The notes under the pieces: generated by a model
Seen by the model: only the letters and a program-made list of their open reading frames with translations
Database searches by the model: none
Told to the model about the DNA's origin: nothing
Shown: piece after piece, positions 49,233-59,287 of the stretch
Layout of the letters: each line of letters starts with the position of its first letter
Numbering within the stretch: the first letter of the stretch is position 1
Translations under genes and position numbers: made by a program
Source: Nitrosopumilaceae archaeon
GTDB lineage: Archaea > Thermoproteota > Nitrososphaeria > Nitrososphaerales > Nitrosopumilaceae
Length of the DNA stretch: 64,000 nt
Assembly (NCBI GenBank): GCA_965214835.1
Contig: CBDCCK010000002.1
Location: 2,272,001-2,336,000, forward strand
Reading direction: 5' to 3'

Positions 49233-49889
49233 CTACAGCCCGTCGATTGCTTTTTCAAAAACCTCCAGGGGCTGGTTGCCCCTGATCTTGATTACTCTCT
49301 CGTCGTTGAAAATGAAAAACGAGGGCGTTGCATCCACCCCGATCTCCTGGCCTGCCCTGTACATGTCAAGCACCGCCCCTCTGTACCTTTGCCGATCTAG
49401 GCAGTCACTGAACTCTTCTAGGTTCAGCCCTACCGAGCCTGCAAATCCTGCGACAGAGTCCCGTGTCACCCAACCGGTCCTCTCCCCTCCCCAGTTCTCG
49501 TATATCTCGTCATGATACTGCCAGTACCTGCCCTGATCACCTGCGCAGTGTGATGCCTCTGCTGCCAGAACCGAGTCCGGACCGTTGAGCGCAAAGTCCT
49601 TGAAGATGACGTTCACCCTTCCGGCCTTTACGTATTTTTCCTGGATGGCATTCAGGGTCGTCTGGTGAAACCTGTAGCAAAACGTACACTGATAGTCCCC
49701 ATACTCCAAAATCGTAACCGGGGCCTTTGGATCGCCCATTACAGGCGAGCCTCCGGACTTTAAATTCGAGGCTGTGAGCTTTGAGGAATGCCCCGGATCT
49801 GGATTGGCCTGCTGGTTGTAGTGTACGAGAAACGCTCCCACTGCAACCCCGATGATCAGTGGAACTGCAATCAGAACCCACCTGTTCAT
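49233..49889 (-). CDS. DsbA-family thioredoxin-like oxidoreductase
   Basis: Motifs DYQCTFC and ATPSF, with an N-terminal membrane anchor. Confidence 0.9.
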   Translation of the reverse strand: MNRWVLIAVPLIIGVAVGAFLVHYNQQANPDPGHSSKLTASNLKSGGSPVMGDPKAPVTILEYGDYQCTFCYRFHQTTLNAIQEKYVKAGRVNVIFKDFALNGPDSVLAAEASHCAGDQGRYWQYHDEIYENWGGERTGWVTRDSVAGFAGSVGLNLEEFSDCLDRQRYRGAVLDMYRAGQEIGVDATPSFFIFNDERVIKIRGNQPLEVFEKAIDGL

Positions 49890-49926
49890 GGTTTTCTGAG
49901 CTGCCTTTGGCGTAATTAAGCTTGTT

Positions 49927-50481
49927 TTAGGATGCTGCCACGGTACACAGTGCTGCGTTTTTTACGGATAGCTCGGCCACAAATGGATCGTCGGCCGATG
50001 TTATTATGACTACGTCGTTGTCTTGTGGGCACATGCCCATTAGGACCTTGCGCGTCTTTTTGTCGCCTGCCAGGACATCCTTTTCCTCGCCGGGAAAGAA
50101 AAACCTACCTTTGCCGTAGATCAGCGTCAGTGCAGCAGATGCCCCGTACCGGACTGCAAAGTCCCTCTGCTCCAACCCCGTTCTTATCACGCGTGCAAAG
50201 TTCCTGATTAGGATCGCGTGGTTATGCCTGCCGCTAAAAATCCTTGACTTTTTTACTGCCGTCTCCCCGGTAATTGTACCCAAGACCACCCCGGTGAATT
50301 TCCTCCCCCTTTCGGTAAGAAAGGTACCTGCTCGCGTTGAATCTGCCATCCTTCCTGCCTTCATGTGCAAAATCAGCGTCTTGGCCGCACCCTCCCCTAT
50401 GTGCAGCTCCCTGCAAAAGGTGGCCCTACTCACGAAGCGATCCCTGTCTAGCAGCTGCAGCGCCTTGAAGACATGTGGCAT
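49927..50481 (-). CDS. DUF4443-like wHTH protein
   Basis: SRATFCRELHIGEGAAKT and GLEQRDFAVRYGA. The start may lie further upstream. Confidence 0.75.
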   Translation of the reverse strand: MPHVFKALQLLDRDRFVSRATFCRELHIGEGAAKTLILHMKAGRMADSTRAGTFLTERGRKFTGVVLGTITGETAVKKSRIFSGRHNHAILIRNFARVIRTGLEQRDFAVRYGASAALTLIYGKGRFFFPGEEKDVLAGDKKTRKVLMGMCPQDNDVVIITSADDPFVAELSVKNAALCTVAAS

Positions 50482-50634
50482 GCCAAATGTCAGGATCTTG
50501 CTGGAGCCTTTCCTGGATGCGATGCTTTGCAGTGACCGGATCTCTCTTTTCAGATCGTGTTTTAGGTATGTCCAATATAAAAATTGGACAATTTATCCAA
50601 GTGTTTAAATAATTACCTTCAGGGTTACCACTAG

Positions 50635-50850
50635 ATGTCTCAATCCAGACTACTGACGCTCTCAAGGAGCAGGACTCCGGTATTGTCAATCATTGCCCTG
50701 TCTGCAGTATTTGCAGTTGGAATGTTTGTTGCCGGTTTTGACCAGGGACAGATTATCAACATGGCTTTTGCCGAGACTGGAATCGATCCACTGGTTATTC
50801 ATGAACTGACTCATGACATGAGACATGCAGCAGGCTTCCCCTGCCACTAG
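50635..50850 (+). CDS. cbtB: Probable cobalt transporter subunit CbtB
   Basis: One transmembrane helix and a C-terminal HELTHDMRHAAGFPCH. Confidence 0.92.
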   Translation: MSQSRLLTLSRSRTPVLSIIALSAVFAVGMFVAGFDQGQIINMAFAETGIDPLVIHELTHDMRHAAGFPCH

Positions 50851-50859
50851 GCACCTGTC

Positions 50860-51588
50860 ATGAAGGCATTACTTTTTATTGCAATAGTTTTACTCTCCGG
50901 CTCACTTGCAGGACTGATTCACGGCGGTATTAATCTCGTACTCGTTGAGCCGTATCTGGACGTTGCAATAGGCATGGAGAACCAGAACCTCTTTGCGTCC
51001 GGCGAGGAGGAGGATACCGCGGAGTTTTGGAATTCATATTATTCTTACCGCGACTGGCAAAAAAGCGGGCAGATACTGGCAGGGGTAACTCTCGGCCTGG
51101 CCATGGGCTCGTTGTTTGGAATCGTGTTTGCATTATCGCAAAACATGCTGCCCGGAGGCCACAGCATCAAAAAGGCGATGATCCTGGCCGGAATCATGTG
51201 GCTGGTCGTATTCTTCATCCCGTTCTTAAAGTACCCCGCAAATCCCCCTACTGTGGGGGACGCCGAGACCATACAGCTGAGAACCATCCTGTATGTCTCA
51301 TTCATTGCGATTTCGGGGTTTGGGGCAGCGGGTTTTTATCAGATTGCCAAGCGTGCAAAAAAGGGCAAAAAGGCCATTGCCATAGTGGGGTATGCGGCAT
51401 TGATGGCCGCTGCATTTGTTTTGATGCCTGGAAACCCCGACGAGATTACGGCACCCGCGGATCTGGTGGGTGGATTCAGGGTAATGTCCGTTTTGGGCGT
51501 CTCGTCGTTTTGGACATCCATCCCGCTGATCCTTGGGGCCTTTTGGCAGAAGTTCAGGCCAGATGTTGATGTAAAGCTAAAGCCGTGA
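50860..51588 (+). CDS. cbtA: Probable cobalt transporter subunit CbtA
   Basis: Multi-pass membrane protein with PFLKYPANPPTVG, directly after cbtB. Confidence 0.9.
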   Translation: MKALLFIAIVLLSGSLAGLIHGGINLVLVEPYLDVAIGMENQNLFASGEEEDTAEFWNSYYSYRDWQKSGQILAGVTLGLAMGSLFGIVFALSQNMLPGGHSIKKAMILAGIMWLVVFFIPFLKYPANPPTVGDAETIQLRTILYVSFIAISGFGAAGFYQIAKRAKKGKKAIAIVGYAALMAAAFVLMPGNPDEITAPADLVGGFRVMSVLGVSSFWTSIPLILGAFWQKFRPDVDVKLKP

Positions 51589-51663
51589 CTTTCAATTCTC
51601 AAACCATGGAACGAGAACAACACCATGGCGTTTAAATAACTCGTGGTATGACGAGTCTTGTAA

Positions 51664-51993
51664 ATGACAAAAAGACACACGCTGCCACAACTAAAAAAAT
51701 ACGACATCAACCAGAAGGTCATCGAGGCGTTGGCAGATGCCGAGTCCAGGGCAATTCTGTTTTCGGTGATCAGAAGAGGAAAGACTGCCGCAGAGCTGTC
51801 CGAAAAACTGCGCATTCCACTGAGTTCGGTATACAAAAAGTTATCAGGATTGGAAGAATTGACACTCATACAGGTAGAAAAGTGGATGCTTTCTGACAAG
51901 GGACGGCGCTACAAGGTGTATCGTAGCAGAATCAGCAAGGCAGAGATCTCCATTAAAAAGCCCGAACCCGTTCTCAGCTTGGTACCAAACTGA
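51664..51993 (+). CDS. ArsR-like wHTH regulator
   Basis: KTAAELSEKLRIPLSSVYKKL. Confidence 0.85.
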   Translation: MTKRHTLPQLKKYDINQKVIEALADAESRAILFSVIRRGKTAAELSEKLRIPLSSVYKKLSGLEELTLIQVEKWMLSDKGRRYKVYRSRISKAEISIKKPEPVLSLVPN

Positions 51994-51999
51994 TCCCCC

Positions 52000-52338
52000 A
52001 TGTCCAAGCCAAACATCATCCAGCTAAGCGAGTTTGACATCACCCAGAAGATCATCGAGTCGCTGACAAACGTGTGTACGCGCGCAGTGCTGTTTTCTGT
52101 CAAAGAAAAGGGCAAGGATGCAACGCAGATTGCCGACGAGCTGCAAATCTCGATATCCACCGTATACAAGACGCTGTCTACGCTTGAGGATCTTGCCCTG
52201 GTTGAAATTGAAAAATTCGTCATTACAGAGGAGGGCAAAAAAATCAAGCAGTACAGGAGCCGGATCGGGAAGGTGGAGATCACCATGACGAACATGGCAC
52301 CGGTCTTGAACCTGTATCCCAACAAGCATGAACCGTGA
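52000..52338 (+). CDS. ArsR-like wHTH regulator (paralogue of the preceding gene)
   Basis: DATQIADELQISISTVYKTL. Shares DI.QK.IE.L and YRSRI.K.EI with the neighbour. Confidence 0.85.
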   Translation: MSKPNIIQLSEFDITQKIIESLTNVCTRAVLFSVKEKGKDATQIADELQISISTVYKTLSTLEDLALVEIEKFVITEEGKKIKQYRSRIGKVEITMTNMAPVLNLYPNKHEP

Positions 52339-52415
52339 TTCTAGATACGTGGAATGAGATCGTGGAATCAGGTTTTCGTTTAAATAATTAGCTTCAACTA
52401 ACCCCAACATCCGAG

Positions 52416-53534
52416 ATGAACAAGAATACAAAAATCACGATCCTGGCAATTGCCGTATCTGCAATTGCCGCCTCTGCAATTGCCGCCTCTGCAATTGCCC
52501 CGGGCGTGGCAGCACAGAGCTCGATGGTACCAACCTGGATCAAGACCCCAATACAGGCCTGGTCACAGGGCATCGTGTCTGAGGAGGAGTTTCTTGACTC
52601 AATAACGTTCCTAGTTGAGAATCGAATAATCGAGGTCGGGGGACGCTCCGATGATGCAATGGTAGGTCCAGACGTTGATACTCTGACGATTGGCTTTATC
52701 CCGGTCGAAAAGGCAGAGGAGCTGACGCCGAGGGCAGAGGCATTAGAGGGATTTCTGGAGGATCGTCTGCCCGGAGTGGATGTCAAGCTGGTAATTCCCA
52801 CAAACTATGAGGCAATAATCGAGGGGATAAAGTTCGGCCACATTGACGGCGCGTTCATGGACACGGGTCCTGGCTGGATTGCACATCAGAGATCCGGCGC
52901 AGAGGCAGTCCTAGCCGAGGTCGTCAACGGCAAGATCAACTACCAGGCAACCGTCTGGACAAAGGCAGACAACGACTCGCTGCAGACAATAGAGGATACA
53001 GTTGGCAAGCGCGTGGCCTTTACCAGCATCACCGGCTCTTCTGGATTCGTCAGGCCGATGGGAACCCTGGTTACCAGCGGCGCCGTTGAGATTCAAGGGG
53101 ACGATCTTGTCGCCTTGGAGGGTGCACTGGCAGACTCGTTTGAAAGCCACACCTTTGCAGGGGGCTACAAGGCAGCGCTGACCCTGCTTCTTGAAGACAG
53201 GGTGGATGCAGCGTTTGCCTCAGACATTGCACCTGCAAAGTATCTTGAGCCAGAACAGCAAAGACAGCTGCGCCCAGTAGCCGCGATTGGCCCGGTGCCC
53301 TCGCACGTCTTTATGGTCTCATCGGAAATGTCTGATGGTACGCAAAAAGCCCTGGTGGATGCGCTCATTGAGCTCAACTATGACGAGAACAACGAGATTC
53401 TAAGAGGCCTGTACGGTGCCGAGGCGTTGCTGCCGACTAGTACCACGCTGCACATCGGCGAGTTTGGCACCTTTATTGACGCGCTGACCGGCCTTGACCA
53501 GAAGATCCTCGACAAGTACGACAAGAGCAAATAA
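52416..53534 (+). CDS. phnD: Phosphate/phosphite/phosphonate ABC transporter substrate-binding protein
   Basis: IGFIP, YEAIIE, TGSSGFVRP and GPVP motifs, upstream of phnC and phnE. Confidence 0.88.
   Translation: MNKNTKITILAIAVSAIAASAIAASAIAPGVAAQSSMVPTWIKTPIQAWSQGIVSEEEFLDSITFLVENRIIEVGGRSDDAMVGPDVDTLTIGFIPVEKAEELTPRAEALEGFLEDRLPGVDVKLVIPTNYEAIIEGIKFGHIDGAFMDTGPGWIAHQRSGAEAVLAEVVNGKINYQATVWTKADNDSLQTIEDTVGKRVAFTSITGSSGFVRPMGTLVTSGAVEIQGDDLVALEGALADSFESHTFAGGYKAALTLLLEDRVDAAFASDIAPAKYLEPEQQRQLRPVAAIGPVPSHVFMVSSEMSDGTQKALVDALIELNYDENNEILRGLYGAEALLPTSTTLHIGEFGTFIDALTGLDQKILDKYDKSK
52447..52500 (+). repeat. 15-bp tandem repeat in the PhnD signal peptide
   Basis: GCAATTGCCG(TA/CC)TCT about 3.6 times, encoding AIAVS-AIAAS-AIAAS-AIA. 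Confidence 0.85.
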
Positions 53535-53550
53535 AAATCAGGGCTTGGTA

Positions 53551-54384
53551 ATGGAAGTGCAGGCAATGGCGTCCTCCACCACATCTCTACCATCTATCTC
53601 CATTAGAAACATAGTCCAGATGAATGACGTGTGGGCATCGTATGACTCAAAGAACTACTCGCTCAGGGGGGTACATCTCTCAATCGAGAGGGGGACAAAC
53701 TATGCCATAGTCGGCGTCTCCGGTTCTGGAAAATCCACCCTGCTCAAGCTGCTCAACGGAATGATGAGGCCAAGCAGGGGAGCCGTAAGGGTCGGCTATC
53801 AAACCCCGGACATAAACTCAAAGGAATTCCGCAAGATGCTGCACGGGATAGGGTACATTCCACAGAACCTGGGACTGGTGAGGAACCTTTCGGTCAGGGA
53901 GAACGTCCTGATTGGCGCTCTTCCAAGGCTTGGAGTGCTGCAGTCCCTCCTAAAGTCCTTTCCAAAGGCGGAGCTTGATGAGGCCGGAAGAGTCCTAAGA
54001 CTGGTCGGGCTGTCTGACAAGACAGAACGCAAGGCATACATGCTAAGCGGCGGCGAAAAGCGGAGGGTGGCCATCGCGCGCGCACTGATGCAGAGGCCAG
54101 ACATTCTGCTTGCCGACGAGATTGTCTCCGAGCTGGATCATGTCACTGCCAGGGAGATCATGGATCTTGTTGCAGATGCGCAAAAAAGCATCGGGCTGAC
54201 TGCCGTCATGGTCCACCACGACATGAACCTAGCCCTGGAATATGCAAACAGGGTCGCGGTGATTCAGAACGGCAGCAAGGTGCTGGAGATCGGAGTCGAG
54301 GGAGACAGGATTGTGGACTTTCAGACGGGAAACCTGTCACAAGAGGAGATTTTGGAGATGTATCCTGGTGAGTCCAAAGAATAA
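53551..54384 (+). CDS. phnC: Phosphonate ABC transporter ATP-binding protein
   Basis: Motifs GVSGSGKST, LSGGE and LADE. Confidence 0.88.
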   Translation: MEVQAMASSTTSLPSISIRNIVQMNDVWASYDSKNYSLRGVHLSIERGTNYAIVGVSGSGKSTLLKLLNGMMRPSRGAVRVGYQTPDINSKEFRKMLHGIGYIPQNLGLVRNLSVRENVLIGALPRLGVLQSLLKSFPKAELDEAGRVLRLVGLSDKTERKAYMLSGGEKRRVAIARALMQRPDILLADEIVSELDHVTAREIMDLVADAQKSIGLTAVMVHHDMNLALEYANRVAVIQNGSKVLEIGVEGDRIVDFQTGNLSQEEILEMYPGESKE

Positions 54385-55156
54385 CCTGCTGGTGGGGGTG
54401 ATAGTAGCCCTGGTGATTGCCATTTCGATAAACATGGAGGCCGATCCTGCGGAGTTTGTCGGCGGATTCTCAAATATCGCAATCGTAATAGAGGAGATGT
54501 CCATAGAGGCATCTGACCTCGGCCTGTTCAAGACTGCGTTTTTTTCCATGTTTGAGACGGTTCAGATGGCCTTTGTGGGTACAATTGCCGGCGTTGCAAT
54601 ATCCATGCCCCTCAGTCTGCTTGCCGCCCGAAACCTGAACAGCAAGTGGGTCTATGCGCCGATGCGCGCCGTTTTGGCTGCAATCCGCACGTTTCCCTCC
54701 ATACTGTGGGCGCTGCTGTTTGTAATCATGATAGGGCTGGGGCCGTTTGCGGGAATCCTGGCCATCATCATGTATACAATAGGATTTGTGGCAAAGCTGC
54801 AGTACGAGTCGATTGAGACCATAGACTCAGATCCCGTCGATGCCGTGACCTCCATCGGGGTAAGCAAGAGCCAGCTGATCCGCTATGTCGTGATTCCCGA
54901 GTCCGCATCCCACCTGCTAAGCCAGGTTCTGTACATGTTTGACTATAACGTGCGGCAGACCAGCATCTTGGGAATCGTCGGCGCGGGGGGAATCGGCTTT
55001 TACATCATCAATTACATAAAGTTCTTCGAGTACGGCAAGGCGGTAGTCTTCATGCTGGTCGTGCTGGCAACCGTGCTGGCAATTGACTGGGCCAGCGTAA
55101 AGATCCGCGACAGGTACATCATAAAGTCGCAGCGCGGCACGCAGGTCAGAACATAA
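54368..55156 (+). CDS. phnE: Phosphonate ABC transporter permease
   Basis: Motifs ETVQMA, GLGPFAG and NVRQTSILGIVGAGGIG. Confidence 0.92.
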   Translation: MSPKNNLLVGVIVALVIAISINMEADPAEFVGGFSNIAIVIEEMSIEASDLGLFKTAFFSMFETVQMAFVGTIAGVAISMPLSLLAARNLNSKWVYAPMRAVLAAIRTFPSILWALLFVIMIGLGPFAGILAIIMYTIGFVAKLQYESIETIDSDPVDAVTSIGVSKSQLIRYVVIPESASHLLSQVLYMFDYNVRQTSILGIVGAGGIGFYIINYIKFFEYGKAVVFMLVVLATVLAIDWASVKIRDRYIIKSQRGTQVRT

Positions 55157-55187
55157 GTTTTAGTAATCCCGTGCCCTAGTTGCAGGC

Positions 55188-55685
55188 ATGAGGGTTGCGC
55201 CGGTGCTTGCATTGGCTTTGATCGGCGGTGCCGTCCTGCCTGCATATGCGCAGTCAGATCCGTACCGGATATCAGTCGACGGGCACTCCTTTGACGTTGC
55301 CTACTCTGTGGACGCAGATGTCGTTGCCATGGAGATCGACGTGGAGCTGAACTCCCTGCTGGTGGGCCTTGAAGGCACCCGTGACTCTGTGTTTGAGATA
55401 CATCTGCCAGACGAGATGATCTCGGCAGAAGACGATGATTTTGTCGTCCTAGTTGACTGGGTGGAAGTAGATCATCGGATAGTAGAGCCCTCGCACACCA
55501 GCGCCCCCGAGGCTCCAGTGACCGTGGTGCAGTTCCCGGTTCAGGATGGCGCGCTGGAGGTCGAAATCATCGGAACGCATGTCATCCCAGAGTTTCCAGT
55601 AGCCATGATTGCCCTTGCAGCAGTCCTGACTGGGGTGGTCGTCATGTCTAAAAGGCGTGGTCTTCTAGGTCGTAACCCTGTCTAG
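55188..55685 (+). CDS. PEFG-CTERM-type sorting-domain surface protein
   Basis: Signal peptide and a C-terminal EIIGTHVIPEF, transmembrane helix and basic tail. Confidence 0.85.
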   Translation: MRVAPVLALALIGGAVLPAYAQSDPYRISVDGHSFDVAYSVDADVVAMEIDVELNSLLVGLEGTRDSVFEIHLPDEMISAEDDDFVVLVDWVEVDHRIVEPSHTSAPEAPVTVVQFPVQDGALEVEIIGTHVIPEFPVAMIALAAVLTGVVVMSKRRGLLGRNPV

Positions 55686-56690
55686 CTGGCCGGATTCTGC
55701 TGCAAGCCTTACCTCCCTTGCAATTCTTTTTCCCATGCTCATCGGCTCGTCATAGAACAGCGTGGAATACGGGGAGCCGTCCATGTAGATGTTGGTTCCT
55801 GCAACGATTCTTGCCGAGAACTCAAAGCTTGTAAACCTAGCATCTTCGTCATAGACGCCCTCGATGCAGAACGGGCCGTTCATGCCCGGCTCTACCAGCC
55901 GTGCCGATGCCTTGACAAAGTTCTCGCCCATCTCGTATACCTTATCAAGCAGGGACTCGCGCAGCACCATCGGGCTGTTTCCTATTACGTTAAACGAGGG
56001 CACCTTGCTGCCCTGAAGCTGCTGTCCTGCAGGGATTCTTGCCAGCCCCTCGATGTCGGACTCGTGTCTTTGGTCGATTCCGTAAAACTCCAGCTCCTCT
56101 TTTAGCGGGGAATAAAAGTACTGCAGGTATGCCAGAACGCCTGCGGCATACTCTTGGATGTACAGTTTTTCATCAGGCGAGATTAGTCCGTTCCCGATCA
56201 AGCTCGCTCTTTTTTCGTTATAGTCTCCCTCACTGGATGCCATAAAGTAGCCCTTGCCGCCTGCGGCACCCTGTCTTTTTACGATTGACAGGTTTTTGAT
56301 CTGGCTGGGATCCGACACCGGCGTTGGAACCGGCAGGCCGGACTCCCTCATCAGCTTTTCCTTCATTTCGCGGTCGGACTCCCACCGGAGGATCCACTTG
56401 TTTCCAAACACCGGAGTCTTGATGGACTCTATCTGCTCGGAGCTCATCTGTGCAACCAGGGTTCCGTGAGGCACCAGGACGGCGTCATTTTGCTCCAAAA
56501 CCTGCAGGCATCTTTGCTCAAGCAGCTCCAAAAACGAGTCTACGATCACAAACTCGTCAATGAATGGAAACCTGCGGTATAGCTTCTCACGCCTTTTCTC
56601 GCATACCAGGATTGTCCTCAGGCCCTCGTCCTTGGCTCCCTTTAGAACCTGCAGCGAGCAGTGCGATCCCAGCGTTGCAATTGAGGCCAT
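55665..56690 (-). CDS. purP: PurP-family ATP-grasp ligase
   Basis: Motifs IATLGSHCSLQ, GGKGYF and FEFSARIVAGTN. Confidence 0.93.
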   Translation of the reverse strand: MASIATLGSHCSLQVLKGAKDEGLRTILVCEKRREKLYRRFPFIDEFVIVDSFLELLEQRCLQVLEQNDAVLVPHGTLVAQMSSEQIESIKTPVFGNKWILRWESDREMKEKLMRESGLPVPTPVSDPSQIKNLSIVKRQGAAGGKGYFMASSEGDYNEKRASLIGNGLISPDEKLYIQEYAAGVLAYLQYFYSPLKEELEFYGIDQRHESDIEGLARIPAGQQLQGSKVPSFNVIGNSPMVLRESLLDKVYEMGENFVKASARLVEPGMNGPFCIEGVYDEDARFTSFEFSARIVAGTNIYMDGSPYSTLFYDEPMSMGKRIAREVRLAAESGQLDRVTT

Positions 56691-56717
56691 CTTCTGATCA
56701 CTTGTCCCCCGCTGTCC

Positions 56718-56924
56718 TTATGAATGTGCTCCAGAGACATAATTGAAGACCTCGTCGATGATCTCCATGTTTACCTTTGGTTTTAGATCCTCAGGCATCG
56801 CTCCTAGTATAAAGTCAAACATGGTGGCACCTTCGGGAATCCTCCCCTTCTCCGAATATAGGGAGTATGCGGCAATCCCGTTTGCAATTATGGCCACCAG
56901 CTGCTCCCTTTCCGTCAGAGCCAT
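56718..56924 (-). CDS. Small hypothetical protein
   Basis: Clean 68-aa ORF upstream of purP with a TTTAA promoter-like element. Confidence 0.65.
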   Translation of the reverse strand: MALTEREQLVAIIANGIAAYSLYSEKGRIPEGATMFDFILGAMPEDLKPKVNMEIIDEVFNYVSGAHS

Positions 56925-57746
56925 GTACTGAATAGGACTTGAGGGGGATTAAAATGATGGTACGAGGCCAGTCTTCCAATCTGTGTTAAAACGCCCGGGC
57001 CCTTTAGCGGTGGCAAACTGTGTCTCTCTGATCCACGCCTAGTTTGATATGGGCCGCCTTATGGCTTACGCTAGGTACAGGGGTCTGTTCCCCGGGTGGG
57101 AATGGTGCGCATTACTCTGCTGTCTTCTTCCCGGCCTCGGATGGCGGCTCGGATGATGCTGCAGTAGTAACAGCGGTAGCAGCCTCTGTCCTGCTCAGTT
57201 TGAGGCCGTACGTCCTGGGATCGTGTCCGGAGTATGGCGTCTTTGTCACGAGCATGGATCAGATGATCCTGATCATCTTGGTTGCCGCGTGCGTCCTGGC
57301 CACCATGGGCCTTGCGCTGTTCCTCTTGGATCCTGCATTGATCCTTCCAATCCTCTCGTCGTATATGGCGGCCGTGCGCGCAGCCTGAAGCATCGCCCGG
57401 TTGCACCTGTGGTTGGATGTCTTTCTCATCTTGCCGCAGTACTCCCTGTCGCCGGACTGGTGGACGGTCGGACACATGCCGAACCACGCAACAAGCTTGC
57501 CCGGGGTCTTGAATCTGCCAATGTCTCCGATCTCAGATACCGGCAGCATGGCCGCAGGCGAGTCGATCCCCGGAATGCTCATCGGGATCCTCGCATCCTC
57601 GCTGGCGCCGGCTTGTGTGGCTGTCTTCGTCTCGATATCTGCAATCTCCTCCGTGGGCTGCCTGACCCTTCTGGTATGCACGCCGAGAACCGCCCCGTCG
57701 TTGGGATCATCAAGTGCCATGTCTGTCAGCTGCCTGAGTCCCTTGT

Positions 57747-59114
57747 CAGTAGTTGAAAATGTACCCCATAAATCCGTCTAGCCGGGATCATGCCGCCGTC
57801 GCCCCACCCCGATCCTGTCGGCATCCGGCGCACGGAGGCAGCACGAATACAGGACCACGGCATACATCAGAGTCAGCAGCGCCATGACGCGGGTCTTTGG
57901 GTCTCCCGAGTCCCTCATTGTCAGCCATATGTTGCATACTGCAAGCGACATGTAAAACAAAAGCACACGCAGGACAGGATTCCTGCTGACGGTCCGCGGC
58001 CTGACGCTCTTGGCACAGCGGTATCCGGTCTCTATGCCCCACCTGTTCCGGTACTCTCTTGTCACATGGCAGAACAGCTGCCGATAGCTGCAGCAGCGCA
58101 CCGTGGTCGCAAACACGTGGTATCTGTCAAAGACGTTCTTTGCCTTGGACCTTGGGATCTTCTTGATGACCAGCGTGAACGTGAACTCTTTGCCGTCTGA
58201 CGACCTCATGGTATACCTTGATACTGCCTTTCTCTTGCCGCGGGCGCGCTGCACTATGGCCCTCTTTATCCCCGGCGTCTTGACTGCGGGCATGATGAAT
58301 GCAAACCCGGGTTCGGATATGGCATCCATTACATCGACCGAAAAGAACCCCCTGTCAAGCAGGATGATGCTGCGCCTTGACCCGAGCCTGGGCGTAATGC
58401 CCAGATCGGCGCATTTTTTGAGCATATTACGCACCAGATCGGCCTGTTTGTCGCCCTCGGTCACCATGCGGCAGGCCGTATGCACGTCGGCGCCGGCCTT
58501 GGATGTCAGCTTGCATGTCATGTACTGCTCATAGTTGATGGTGCCCCTGTCGCGCTTTGACTTTACCAGGTGCTTTATGTCGGTTTTCTTGTCGTATCTG
58601 GGCAGCTTGGTCGCGTCTATGGCAAGGACAGGCGCCTTGTGGCTCCTTTGGAGGGAGCAAAGCTGCCTGCCCACCGCCTCGGCGGCCGTGTAATGCAGCA
58701 TTGCATCGCACCTTTTCTCCATCGTGGACAGTCTTGCGTGCCCCAGCTTTGCAAGAAGCCAGGCCGAGCTGGGCACCGCGGCCCCGGCGCCTTCTGATGC
58801 AAGAAGTGCAAGCTTTTGGGCGGTATAGTGCGCACATGCGGAACGCTCCGACATGGATGCAATCAGGCGGGAGGCGTCTTCCAAGCCCCACATGGCGTTG
58901 TGTCTTGAGGAGAACTTGATTTTCAGCATGCCTACTGCGGTAACCAAGAATTTAAATCCGGCCTCACCGTACCTTGTGTGGTGTTTCTGTTGGGTTTGGT
59001 TCATTATCAAGGTAGACAGGAACACCGCTGTTTATAGCTCGATTGGTGAAAAAATCATGTCAACTTGTTCAAAACATTCAGACACTTAAAAAGGGGGTAC
59101 ATTTTCAACTACTG
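57747..59114 (-). mobile_element. ISH3-family insertion sequence B (1368 bp)
   Basis: Perfect 21-bp TIRs CAGTAGTTGAAAATGTACCCC and a 5-bp TSD (CTTGT). Confidence 0.93.
57778..59025 (-). CDS. ISH3/IS4-like DDE transposase (415 aa)
   Basis: Motifs LAIDAT, LDRGFF and YRNRWGIETGYR. Confidence 0.92.
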   Translation of the reverse strand: MFLSTLIMNQTQQKHHTRYGEAGFKFLVTAVGMLKIKFSSRHNAMWGLEDASRLIASMSERSACAHYTAQKLALLASEGAGAAVPSSAWLLAKLGHARLSTMEKRCDAMLHYTAAEAVGRQLCSLQRSHKAPVLAIDATKLPRYDKKTDIKHLVKSKRDRGTINYEQYMTCKLTSKAGADVHTACRMVTEGDKQADLVRNMLKKCADLGITPRLGSRRSIILLDRGFFSVDVMDAISEPGFAFIMPAVKTPGIKRAIVQRARGKRKAVSRYTMRSSDGKEFTFTLVIKKIPRSKAKNVFDRYHVFATTVRCCSYRQLFCHVTREYRNRWGIETGYRCAKSVRPRTVSRNPVLRVLLFYMSLAVCNIWLTMRDSGDPKTRVMALLTLMYAVVLYSCCLRAPDADRIGVGRRRHDPG

Positions 59115-59158
59115 CTTGTTGGAGTATGCGTGTGACGAGTCGATCCTCCCGTCATACC

Positions 59159-59287
59159 GGGGTTGCCGCCTAATTCCACTTGTTTGACCCAATCTGCACG
59201 TTTTTCTGAATTTCCGCCCTTTTGCACGCCTGATCATATGGCATCTCAACGGTTTTCGGGGATTCTAGCGAATTAGGCGACAACCCC
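59159..59287. mobile_element. MITE family 3 copy
   Basis: GGGGTTGCCGCCTAATT and AATTAGGCGACAACCCC ends. Homologous to 4349-4478. Confidence 0.8.

Larger units (their letters stand above)
57071..59158 (-). pseudogene. IS110-family recombinase C-terminal remnant, interrupted by an ISH3 element and truncated by MITE family 3
   Basis: SIPGI...EIGDIGRF...WFGMCPTVHQSG (Transposase_20 domain). The frame continues across the 57747-59114 insertion. Confidence 0.82.

Noticed and set aside
50540-50634. Cobalamin riboswitch upstream of cbtB
   Set aside because: The intergenic region is short and AT-rich, with no B12-box recognised.
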